Positions 17,610 through 26,393 of a stretch of DNA of 64,000 bases are shown piece by piece (positions within the stretch are counted from its first letter, which is position 1; every line of letters starts with the position of its first letter). The DNA is from Deltaproteobacteria bacterium. Lineage in GTDB: Bacteria > Myxococcota_A > UBA9160 > SMWR01. The translations under genes and the position numbers were made by a program. The stretch is from assembly GCA_032128115.1 (NCBI GenBank), contig JAQBHB010000047.1, positions 96,001-160,000 of the forward strand. The letters are read 5' to 3'. The notes under the pieces are model-generated. The model was not told the DNA's origin, made no database searches, and saw nothing but the letters and a program-made list of their open reading frames with translations.

Positions 17610-19028
17610 ATGCATTTCTCCGAACGGCTCACCGCTCTCGACGCCTCGTTTCTCGACCTGGAGGACGAGCGCACCCACATGCACGTGGCCGCGCTCCTCG
17701 TGTTCGAAGCGGGCCCTCTGCGGCGCGCGGACGGCGGCCTCGACATCGATCGTGTCCGGGCCCTGATCGCCTCGCGGCTGCACGACGTGCCGCGCTATCG
17801 CCAGAAGCTGGCCCGGGCCCCCATTTCGGATCACCCCATCTGGGTGGAGGACCGGAACTTCAACCTGGACTACCACGTTCGGCACACGGCGTTGCCCCCG
17901 CCCGCCGACGACCGCCTGCTCAAGCGGCTCGCGGGGCGAATCATGAGTCAGAAGCTCGATCGCGAGAAGCCGCTGTGGGAGCTGTGGGTGGTGGAGGGTC
18001 TGGCCGACGATCGCTTCGCAATCATCACCAAGGCCCACCACTGCATGGTGGACGGCATCGCGGGCATGGCCGTGATCGCAACGCTTCTGCGCCCGACCCC
18101 CGACGACACCATCGAGGAGCCCTCATCCTGGTTCCCGCGGCCGCGACCGTCCCGAGCACGAATGCTGGTCGACGAGGTGGCCCACCGGGCGCGGGCACCG
18201 TTCGGGCTCCTGCGCCGGGCCCGCGAAGCCGTCGAGAATCCGGTGGGCACGGCTCAATCGGCGCTGGATGCTGCCTGGGCCGTGGCCGAGACCCTGGCGG
18301 GCAGCCTGCGTCCCGCCTCGGACACGCCGCTCAACCCCGACCACATCGGCCCCTACCGTCGCTTCGATTGGCTGCGCTTCGATCTGGATGCGGTCGCGGA
18401 GGTGAAGAGGCGGTTGGGGGGCACGGTCAACGACGTAGTGCTCGCGACCGTGGCGGGGGGCATCGGCGAATTCCTGAAGAGGCGACGGCTAACGCTCGAA
18501 GATCTCGACTTCCGCGCGATGATCCCAGTCAACGTGCGCCCGAGTGCAGACCACGGAAAGCTCGGCAACCGGGTCGCCATGTTGATGGCCGCGCTTCCCG
18601 TCGGCGAGCCCGATCCCCTGCGGAGGCTCGAGCGCGTGATCGCAACGACTCGAGAGCTCAAGCACTCGCGACGAATCCGCGGCGTCGAGCTGATGGAGGA
18701 ACTGAGCGACTGGACGACGACGGGACTCATCACCCAGTCGACGCGGCTGGCCGCCCGGATCCGCGCCTTCAACCTGGTGGTGACAAACATCCCCGGCCCC
18801 CAGACCCAGCTCTACCTGCTGGGGGCACCCTTGCTCGCGCCCTATCCCATGGTCCCGCTCTACTCGAATCAGGCGCTGGGGATCGCGCTCTTCAGCTACT
18901 GCGGCGGGCTCTTCTGGGGGTTCAACTCCGACTGGGACCGCCTTCCGGATCTGCACGACCTGGTCGAGTGCTTCGCCCTCGACTTCGAGAAGCTCCGGAA
19001 GGCCGCGTCTCGGACGCCGAAACCATGA
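17610..19028 (+). CDS. Wax ester synthase / diacylglycerol acyltransferase (WS/DGAT)
   Basis: RLTALDASFL, HMHV, LDREKPLWE, catalytic HHCMVDG, GTVNDVVL, NLVVTNIPGP. Confidence 0.95.
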   Translation: MHFSERLTALDASFLDLEDERTHMHVAALLVFEAGPLRRADGGLDIDRVRALIASRLHDVPRYRQKLARAPISDHPIWVEDRNFNLDYHVRHTALPPPADDRLLKRLAGRIMSQKLDREKPLWELWVVEGLADDRFAIITKAHHCMVDGIAGMAVIATLLRPTPDDTIEEPSSWFPRPRPSRARMLVDEVAHRARAPFGLLRRAREAVENPVGTAQSALDAAWAVAETLAGSLRPASDTPLNPDHIGPYRRFDWLRFDLDAVAEVKRRLGGTVNDVVLATVAGGIGEFLKRRRLTLEDLDFRAMIPVNVRPSADHGKLGNRVAMLMAALPVGEPDPLRRLERVIATTRELKHSRRIRGVELMEELSDWTTTGLITQSTRLAARIRAFNLVVTNIPGPQTQLYLLGAPLLAPYPMVPLYSNQALGIALFSYCGGLFWGFNSDWDRLPDLHDLVECFALDFEKLRKAASRTPKP

Positions 19029-19041
19029 GAGAGGTAGACCA

Positions 19042-19473
19042 TTGAACAAGATTCCTTCGATCCAGTCGGTGATGACCCCGTTTCCCTATTCGATCTCGAC
19101 CGAAGCGCCCCTGCGCCGGGCGCGCCAGATGATGCTCGAGCACGAGGTCCGTCATCTCCCGGTGGTTCGGAAGGGGAAGCTCGCAGGCGTGATCACCGAT
19201 CGGGATCTGAAGCGGGCCCTGGATCCCGCCATGGGCCTGCCGCCGAAAGACGAGCTTTTCGTTTCCGATGTGATGGTGCACAACGCCTATGTGGTGGAAA
19301 CCTCGGAGAGACTCGACTACGTGCTACTCGCCATGGCCGAGGAGCACATCGGGTGCGCGCTCGTAGTCAAGGAAGGCAAGCTCGTCGGGATCTTCACGAC
19401 GACCGACGCATGCCGCGTGTTCGGTGCACACCTGCGGCGGGATCTGCCCGAGGGCGACGGCGAGGCGGCCTGA
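19042..19473 (+). CDS. CBS domain pair protein (AcuB-like)
   Basis: VMTPFP...VRHLPVV..GKLAGVITDRDL...GKLVGIFTTTD; TTG start with GAGG RBS. Confidence 0.9.
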   Translation: MNKIPSIQSVMTPFPYSISTEAPLRRARQMMLEHEVRHLPVVRKGKLAGVITDRDLKRALDPAMGLPPKDELFVSDVMVHNAYVVETSERLDYVLLAMAEEHIGCALVVKEGKLVGIFTTTDACRVFGAHLRRDLPEGDGEAA

Positions 19474-19523
19474 CGCCTGCCTGGTGGGATGAGACCCCAC
19501 ACTGAGGCTACAGTGGCCGCCGC

Positions 19524-20231
19524 ATGGACGACTCCAACATCGAGTTTCTCGCTCACCACGACACCGCGATCGGCACGCTGATCCTGCGTCGCCGGGAACT
19601 GCTCTCCAAGCCCGGAACCGTGGTCACGGAGATCACGCTGGACCACGCGTTCCTGATGAGCAGCTACATCACGGTCTCCGAGCGCGCACTCTCACGCATC
19701 GCCCTGGAGATGCACACGGGAGACCCGCTCCAGGTCCTGGTCGGCGGGCTCGGCCTCGGATACACGGCCTGGGAGGCCCTGCAATCGCCCCGGGTGGCGC
19801 GGGCCGAGGTCGTTGAATTCTCGCCCGCGGTGATCGCCTGGATGGCGGAGGGCCTCGTCCCGCTCTCGAGCCAACTGGCTGCTGAGCCGCGCGCAGAGAT
19901 CGTGGAGGGAGACGTGTTCAAGAGACTCTCGCTTCCCCCCGACCTGGCGGCGCCACTATTCGATCTGATCCTGATCGACGTAGACCACTCTCCCGCCGAG
20001 CCCCTGAACGACGCAGGCAACGACGGTTTCTACACGGCCGAGGGCCTGCGCGCAGCACAGCGCCACCTGGCGCCCGGCGGCGTGCTCGGCGTGTGGTCCT
20101 ATGCCGAGAGCTCGCCGTTCGCCGAGGCGCTGCGCGAGACGTTCCGGGAGGTCCGCATCGAGCCCGTGACCTTCATGAACGATCTCATCGACGAGGAGAC
20201 CACGGACTGGCTCTTCTTCGCACACGACTGA
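19524..20231 (+). CDS. Spermidine synthase-like SAM-dependent protein
   Basis: GTLILRRR, FLMSS, VLVGGLGLGYTA, FDLILIDVDHSP, LAPGGVLGVWS. Confidence 0.85.
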   Translation: MDDSNIEFLAHHDTAIGTLILRRRELLSKPGTVVTEITLDHAFLMSSYITVSERALSRIALEMHTGDPLQVLVGGLGLGYTAWEALQSPRVARAEVVEFSPAVIAWMAEGLVPLSSQLAAEPRAEIVEGDVFKRLSLPPDLAAPLFDLILIDVDHSPAEPLNDAGNDGFYTAEGLRAAQRHLAPGGVLGVWSYAESSPFAEALRETFREVRIEPVTFMNDLIDEETTDWLFFAHD

Positions 20232-20295
20232 GCCACCCCACCCAGAGATCGCGTGCCTGCGCATCGAGGGCCCGCTGGCCGGGCCGACCCAGGCC

Positions 20296-20703
20296 CTAGC
20301 TGGCGAGCAGGCCGTAGCACCAGTAGAGGACGATCGCGATCTGGCCGACGAAGAGCGTCGCGCGGACCATGACGAAGGGCACCGATGTGGAGATCAGGTG
20401 TACCACCGACTGCCCGATGCGCAGATAGAGCAGCACCATCGCGAGCGGGTCCGTCACGGCGGCCTTGCCCGCTACCACCGCAACCAGGCCGACTGTCCCG
20501 GCGATGGGCAGGAACTCGAGGCAGTTGAGGTGCGCACGGGTCCAGCGCTGGCCGAGTCCTTGCAGGTCGGACCCGTCCGCCGTGAAGCTGTTCACTGCCT
20601 TCTTGGTTCGCTGGGCGTGCAGGATCCGAAAGTTTGCGAGGCCAAAGACCAGAAGGGTCGTCCAGGCGGCGAACGCGACCAGAGCGGTGAGAGTGGGGCT
20701 CAT
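20296..20703 (-). CDS. MAPEG family membrane protein
   Basis: RAHLNCLEFLP, LRIGQSVVH, four TM segments, AGGAGG RBS. Confidence 0.88.
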   Translation of the reverse strand: MSPTLTALVAFAAWTTLLVFGLANFRILHAQRTKKAVNSFTADGSDLQGLGQRWTRAHLNCLEFLPIAGTVGLVAVVAGKAAVTDPLAMVLLYLRIGQSVVHLISTSVPFVMVRATLFVGQIAIVLYWCYGLLAS

Positions 20704-20803
20704 CAGGTCCTCCTTGTCGGCGCAGCCGGGTGGGCGGCGCCTATTCGGCCCCACACTATCAGAGCGGGCTCCCGGAGGGTTGGATCGTGTTCTGGAGCTG
20801 GAG

Positions 20804-20829
20804 TTGATAGAAGCTTCAATCGGCGTTTT
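20804..20829. repeat. Imperfect direct repeat, copy 1 (TTGA-N8-TCAA-TCGGCGTTTT)
   Basis: TTGATAGAAGCTTCAATCGGCGTTTT; 22/26 identical to 24642-24667. Confidence 0.7.
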
Positions 20830-20960
20830 GGCCGGGGGATAAAGCAATGGGGATCGACCCGGTCGTCGTGACGATCGTGGCAGCGGATCTCGCGGTCCCC
20901 AGCGACGGTTGAGTCGGCTCCCACTTCGCTACGCTGACGAGACCCCAAGGGAGGTGCCAG

Positions 20961-22220
20961 ATGAGCGTCGGCGAGACTCCGCTCGAAGAACTCGACGTCA
21001 TCGGCCCCGACGTCTACGCCCGGGGCGGCGCCCCCCATGAAGTCTGGCGACGTCTCCGACGCGAGTCGCCCGTCCACTGGTTCGATCTTTCGGGGGGTGT
21101 GGGCTTCTGGGCGGTGACGCGACGGTCGGACATCGTGTGGATTTCGAAGCAGCCCGAGCGCTTCGTCAATGGACCCCGACTCGCGATCTTCGAGGAGGGC
21201 GCCCCTGTGGAGGGGGAGCGCACCTTCGTCCGTCAGCTCCTCAACATGGATCCGCCCGAGCACGGCGCATACCGCAAGGCCGCGGCCCACTGGTTCACGC
21301 CCCGAGCCATCCAGCGCCGGCGCCCCGAGGTCGAGCGGATCACCCGCGATCTCCTCGACAAAATGGCCGGCGATGGCGAGATGCGTGAGGGTGACTTCGT
21401 GAGAGATCTCGCAGCACCGCTCACCCTGAGCGTATTGGCCGACATGCTGGGTGTTCCCCGCGAAGACTGGGATCAGCTCTTCCGCTGGACCAACCAGGTC
21501 GCTGGTGCATCGGATCCGGAATACCACGGGGAGGAGGGTCCAGGCTTCGGCTCGATCGAAGCGACGCGAAACGAACTCTTCGGCTACTTCGCAAAGCTCG
21601 CCGAAGCGCGGCGCGCCGAGCCCCGCGACGACATCGTGAGCGTTCTCGTCGGCTCGCGGGTCGACGGCGAGCCCATCCCTCCCCTGGAGCTTCTCTCCTA
21701 CTTCTTCCTGCTGGTGATCGCGGGCAACGAGACCACCCGCAACGCCGCGAGCGGCGGCCTGCACGCGCTCATCGAAAACCCGGATGAGAGGGTCCGACTG
21801 AAGGCCAACCCGGATCTCGTCGATACGGCTGTCGAGGAGATCGTGCGCTGGACTTCGCCGGTCAACCAGTTCTGCCGCACCGCTGTCGAAGACGTGGAGC
21901 TCCACGGAAAGAAGATCCGCGCCGGCGACGCCTTCTGTCTCTTCTACGGCTCGGCGAACCGTGACGAGGAGTTCTTCGAAGAGCCGGATCGCTTCAAGGT
22001 CGACCGCCGCCCCAACCCGCACCTGGGCTTCGGAATCGGCGAGCACTTCTGCCTGGGTGCCAGCCTGGCGCGACTCGAACTGCGCGTCATCTTCCGCGAC
22101 CTGGCCCGGCGCCTCGAACACATCGAGCTCGCCGGGCCCGTCGATCGCATGCGCTCGAGTTTCCTATGCGGCGCCAAACGGATGCCCATCCGCTATCGCC
22201 TGAATCCGAGCAGCGGGTGA
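20961..22220 (+). CDS. Cytochrome P450 (CYP125/126/108-like appearance)
   Basis: GFWAVTR, MDPPEH, AGNETT, EEIVR, heme motif FGIGEHFCLG. Confidence 0.95.
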   Translation: MSVGETPLEELDVIGPDVYARGGAPHEVWRRLRRESPVHWFDLSGGVGFWAVTRRSDIVWISKQPERFVNGPRLAIFEEGAPVEGERTFVRQLLNMDPPEHGAYRKAAAHWFTPRAIQRRRPEVERITRDLLDKMAGDGEMREGDFVRDLAAPLTLSVLADMLGVPREDWDQLFRWTNQVAGASDPEYHGEEGPGFGSIEATRNELFGYFAKLAEARRAEPRDDIVSVLVGSRVDGEPIPPLELLSYFFLLVIAGNETTRNAASGGLHALIENPDERVRLKANPDLVDTAVEEIVRWTSPVNQFCRTAVEDVELHGKKIRAGDAFCLFYGSANRDEEFFEEPDRFKVDRRPNPHLGFGIGEHFCLGASLARLELRVIFRDLARRLEHIELAGPVDRMRSSFLCGAKRMPIRYRLNPSSG

Positions 22221-22264
22221 TCCCACGCTATCGTCGAGCCCGTCTGCAAACCAGGAGCCCGCCA

Positions 22265-23338
22265 ATGTCTTCCCCCTCCCCCAGCTACCGCGTCATCCAG
22301 TGGTCCACCGGCAACGTGGGTCGCTATGCACTCCGAGGCATCATCAACCACCCCCAGCTCGAGCTGGTGGGTGTCTACGTCCACAGTGAAGCCAAGGCGG
22401 GCAAGGATGCAGGCGACCTGTGCGGCCAACCGCCCACGGGCGTCCTCGCCACGAACAACGTCGAAGACATCCTGGCCATCGACGCCGACTGCGTCGTCTA
22501 CACCGCAACCGCCGACCGACGCCCCGGCGAGGCCGTGAAGGACATGGCGGCGATCCTCGCCAGCGGGAAGAACGTGGTGTCGAGCTCGGTGGTCGGGCTC
22601 GTGCATCCCAGGAGCCTCAAGGGCTCGTTCACCAGCGACCTGGAAGCTGCGTGCGCGGCTGGAGGTGTGTCGTTTCTCACGTCGGGCATCGACCCGGGCT
22701 TCGCGAACGACCTCCTGCCGCTCGTGCTCTCGGGACTCTCCGAGCATTGGTCGGAGATCCGCATTCAGGAGATCATCAACTACGCCACCTACGACCAGCC
22801 GGAGGTGCTCTTTGACACCATGGGATTCGGTGGCTCGCTCGACGAGAAGCCCATGCTGCTCATGCCGGGCGCCCTCACCTTCGGCTGGGGCGGCGTCATC
22901 CGGATCCTCGCAGAGGGGCTCGGGGTCGAGCTCGACGAGATCCGCGAGGAGCATGAACGCCGTCCGGCCACCAGGCCCATTTCGATCGGCGAGCACACCG
23001 TCGAACCCGGCACCACCGGCGCCATGCGCTTCCAGGTGCAGGGCATCGTCGATGGGCACGTGGCGCTGGTGGTCGATCATGTCACCCGGCTGGATGACGA
23101 CCTGGCCCCGGAATGGCCGAGTGGCAACGGCGGCTACCGGGTGCTCATCACGGGGGTGCCCAGCATGAGCGTCGAATACGAGTTCGCCGACGAGCACGGC
23201 GACCACGCCGTGGGCGGCGTCATCCTCACGGCAGCGCGCATCGTGAACGCCATCCCGGCGGTGTGCGAGGCCGAGCCGGGGTTGCTCTCGGCGTTGGATC
23301 TGCCACGGGTGACAGGCAAGGGACTGTTCCGGCCGTAA
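22265..23338 (+). CDS. DapB-like / diaminopentanoate-dehydrogenase-family NAD(P) oxidoreductase
   Basis: RVIQWSTGNVG, KAGKDAGDL, SGIDPGFANDLLP, IVNAIPAVCEAEPGL. Confidence 0.88.
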   Translation: MSSPSPSYRVIQWSTGNVGRYALRGIINHPQLELVGVYVHSEAKAGKDAGDLCGQPPTGVLATNNVEDILAIDADCVVYTATADRRPGEAVKDMAAILASGKNVVSSSVVGLVHPRSLKGSFTSDLEAACAAGGVSFLTSGIDPGFANDLLPLVLSGLSEHWSEIRIQEIINYATYDQPEVLFDTMGFGGSLDEKPMLLMPGALTFGWGGVIRILAEGLGVELDEIREEHERRPATRPISIGEHTVEPGTTGAMRFQVQGIVDGHVALVVDHVTRLDDDLAPEWPSGNGGYRVLITGVPSMSVEYEFADEHGDHAVGGVILTAARIVNAIPAVCEAEPGLLSALDLPRVTGKGLFRP

Positions 23339-23356
23339 GCGCCGGGAGCGGCGCGC

Positions 23357-24610
23357 TTGGACCGTCAGCCGAAGCACCCCCGCGAGTTCGATCCTTTCGA
23401 CCCGGGCGTCTTGGAAGACCCGTGGGACTTCTTCGCGGCGCTGCGCAGGGAGGCTCCGGTCTTCCAATTACCCGGTGGGGTCTACACCGTCATCAGTCGC
23501 TTCGAGGACGTGCGACAGGCCGCGCTGTGTCCGGAAACGTTTTCGTCGAACCTGGTGGCGCTGCTCATGCAGGGCGAGGCCACGGGCGACAGCCCGAGTG
23601 TCTTCGAAGTGCCCACTGGCTTCGCGCAAGCCGTCGATGTGCTCGCCATTGCGGACGCCCCGGACCACACACGCCAGCGCAAGCTCTCGAACAAGGCCTT
23701 CTCCATGCGGCGCGTCTCGGGCATCGAGCCGCGCCTGCGCACCCTGGCGGAGAATCTGGTGGCTGGGTTCCTCTCGCGAGGCAGGGCGGATTGGGTCAGG
23801 GAGATGGCGGTGCCACTGCCTGTCACCATCATCGCCGAACTCATCGGCCTTCCGTTGGCCGACACGCAAGATCTCAAGCGTTGGTCCGACGCATCGGTCG
23901 CTCTGTTGAGCGGCATCAACGCGCCGGAGCAATTGAGAGCCAACGCACGTGAGGTCAGCGCAATGTTCGAGTACCTGGCGAAGCAATTCGATTCCGGCTG
24001 TCATGCACCCGGAAATGACGTCCTGGGTGACTTGATCAGGGCCTCGCAAGATCCGAACAACGCGCTGCGCCGCGACGAGGTCGTTTCGATCCTGGTGCAG
24101 CTGCTCACGGCGGGAAACGAGACGACCACCAGCTTGATCGGCAGTGCTCTCATGCTGATGCTGAAGCACCCGGATCTGGAGGCGCGCCTGCGTGGAGACA
24201 CGAGCCTCCTGGAGCCCTTCATCGAAGAGGCCATTCGCCTCGAATCTCCCTTCTATGGGCATTTTCGCGTGGTGCGAAGAGACACCGAGGTGGCGGGCGC
24301 TCCGCTCGCCGAAGGTACGCGGTTGATGCTGCTGTGGGCATCGGCGAATCGGGACGAGAACGAGTTCGAAAGGCCGGAAGAAATCGACTTGAATCGACGC
24401 AATCTCAGGGGACACCTGAGCTTCGGTATCGGCGTTCACTACTGCATCGGTGCAGCACTCGCGCGTCTCGAGACGCGCGTGGCGCTGGAGACCCTGCTGG
24501 CCCGCACCCGCTCACTCAGCCTCGCCCGAGAGAATGACTTCAGCCACGTGCCGAGCCTGTTCGTTCGCAGCCTGAATGCGCTGCACGTCGAGTTCGACCC
24601 GGTCCCTTGA
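23357..24610 (+). CDS. Cytochrome P450
   Basis: DAPDHTRQR, AGNETT, EEAIR, FGIGVHYCIG; TTG start. Confidence 0.95.
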   Translation: MDRQPKHPREFDPFDPGVLEDPWDFFAALRREAPVFQLPGGVYTVISRFEDVRQAALCPETFSSNLVALLMQGEATGDSPSVFEVPTGFAQAVDVLAIADAPDHTRQRKLSNKAFSMRRVSGIEPRLRTLAENLVAGFLSRGRADWVREMAVPLPVTIIAELIGLPLADTQDLKRWSDASVALLSGINAPEQLRANAREVSAMFEYLAKQFDSGCHAPGNDVLGDLIRASQDPNNALRRDEVVSILVQLLTAGNETTTSLIGSALMLMLKHPDLEARLRGDTSLLEPFIEEAIRLESPFYGHFRVVRRDTEVAGAPLAEGTRLMLLWASANRDENEFERPEEIDLNRRNLRGHLSFGIGVHYCIGAALARLETRVALETLLARTRSLSLARENDFSHVPSLFVRSLNALHVEFDPVP

Positions 24611-24641
24611 ATTGCCGACCCCAGGACGCCAGCGCCACGTA

Positions 24642-24667
24642 TTGATGGGAACCTCAATCGGCGTTTT
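24642..24667. repeat. Imperfect direct repeat, copy 2
   Basis: TTGATGGGAACCTCAATCGGCGTTTT. Confidence 0.7.
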
Positions 24668-24840
24668 CGCAGGGTCGCCGCAATGCAGCGATGAAGCCCG
24701 GAAGGCCTCCCCCCACGGATTGGGTGCACGGGGGGCTGATGGTCAACAGAAGTCCGGGCACATGGTCTACACCTCGTCGTTGTCGGCCTTGGGCGTCGAG
24801 ATCCCCGGCAGCCGTAGCTCCTTCACGATCCCGGCCCTGG

Positions 24841-25725
24841 CTACAGGTAGAGGCCAAGCCCCTGGCCGGGCTTGATACGCGGCTCCTCCCGGTTCCCGCG
24901 CTCCGTCAGCACCTCGTGGTGCGTGGCGCCGCCGAACATCTGCTTGAGCCGGTCGTCCCACTCATCGGCCGTCCGGGCAACGACGTCGATCGTGAAGCCG
25001 AGTGTTTCTTCGTTGAGCGTGTCGCCGAGAAGTGTTTCGTCGAACCAGATCGCGTTGTGTTCCGCATCGAGGGCGAAGCGCCCGAAGGTGAGCCCGAAGT
25101 TGAGCCGCGCCAGGAAGAGCCCCAGCTCCGGCGCCACCACCACGCCCACGTTCGTGACGGCGAATACGCGCACGACGGCCGGCCCCCCGGGCAGGGCGCG
25201 TGGGGCCACCACCACCTGCACATCGCCGATCGCCAGGAGGTAGTCGCCGTCCGGGTCCTGCTCCACGTCTCCGTCGATCATCCCGCCGATCACGCTTTCG
25301 ACGCGCTCCCGCACCTCGGCGAGCTTGATGCGCGCGTCGTGCTCGGCCTTGTGGCTTCCGTGCAGTACGTCCACGGCGATGTCCGGCTTCTCCTCGAAGA
25401 GTTCGCTCAGGAGGCTCCACATGAGATCTACGACGGTGTCGGAGTCTGGGGCGACGCGCAGCCACGGGCTCTTGGGGTCGGCCGGGTCCTCGCAGGCGAA
25501 GCCGCGCTCCAGCAGGGCCGCCCGCGCCGTTTCCGGCAGCTCCGGTGCGCCCGCGGGGCGACCCGGGACCCGCACCTCGAGTCCCTGATCCTCCCGGCGG
25601 GTCGCCTCGAGCCTGTGAAGCGGCCGCCCCACCGGGCTCACCGCCACGAAGTGGAAGGGTTCGAGCCCCTCGACCTCTCCGCGGAGATAGGCGTTCGTCG
25701 CGTCGCGGTTGCCCATCCGGGCCAT
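24841..25725 (-). CDS. YbjN/CesT-like (T3SS-chaperone fold) two-domain protein
   Basis: C-terminal DPDGDY...VVRVFA...FLARLNFGLTFGRF...LLGDTL..E.L...I.VVA.TADEWDD.L...FGG; start 25725 or 25716. Confidence 0.75.
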   Translation of the reverse strand: MARMGNRDATNAYLRGEVEGLEPFHFVAVSPVGRPLHRLEATRREDQGLEVRVPGRPAGAPELPETARAALLERGFACEDPADPKSPWLRVAPDSDTVVDLMWSLLSELFEEKPDIAVDVLHGSHKAEHDARIKLAEVRERVESVIGGMIDGDVEQDPDGDYLLAIGDVQVVVAPRALPGGPAVVRVFAVTNVGVVVAPELGLFLARLNFGLTFGRFALDAEHNAIWFDETLLGDTLNEETLGFTIDVVARTADEWDDRLKQMFGGATHHEVLTERGNREEPRIKPGQGLGLYL

Positions 25726-25900
25726 GGTACTCGGCACCTCGCCGGAGGGGGCAATTTCTTCCGGCTCGAAGTCCCCCGACGCCCCCCGCGCCGCACCCAC
25801 CCGGCCGGATCCCGGGCACCGCGGCGGCGCTGGCGCCTTGTTGTCGGGCGGCGCTTGCGGAATGCTAGGGCCTTGCCACGCGGATACGGAGGTGCGACTC

Positions 25901-26218
25901 GTGGGCGAATTCGACGCGATCAGGAAGCGGCTCGAGGGCCGGCTCGACAATCTCGTCGAGCGCGTCTCCAGGATCGAACGGGATATGCGGAAGCCTGGAC
26001 ACCCGGACTCGGGGGAGCAGGCCACGGAACTCGAGAACCAGGAGGTGCTGGAGAAACTGGAGCTGGCCGAGACCCGCGAGGCAGACGACATCCGCAACGC
26101 CCTGGCCAGAATCGAGTCGGGAACCTACGGAGCCTGTGGTCATTGCGGAGAACGGATCGACTCCAGACGCCTCGAGGCCGTCCCGTTCGCGAATACGTGC
26201 ATCGGCTGCGCCGAGTAG
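25901..26218 (+). CDS. DksA/TraR family C4 zinc-finger protein
   Basis: DSGEQA tip, ALARIESGTYGACGHCGERI...RLEAVPFANTCIGCA; GGAGG RBS. Confidence 0.92.
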   Translation: MGEFDAIRKRLEGRLDNLVERVSRIERDMRKPGHPDSGEQATELENQEVLEKLELAETREADDIRNALARIESGTYGACGHCGERIDSRRLEAVPFANTCIGCAE

Positions 26219-26393
26219 ATCAGAGCGGGACTCTCGAGGCGGCTGCGATTCGCAACGTGCGATCCTTCGATCGGGCGGAATGACGTTGCGACAGCGACCT
26301 GGCCCCCTACGTAGGCCTCGGGCGGCGTTCTCGGAGCCACAGGTGAGCTACGTTTCCGCCGTCCCCCTCGAACCGGGACGGCTGAGAGCCGCC

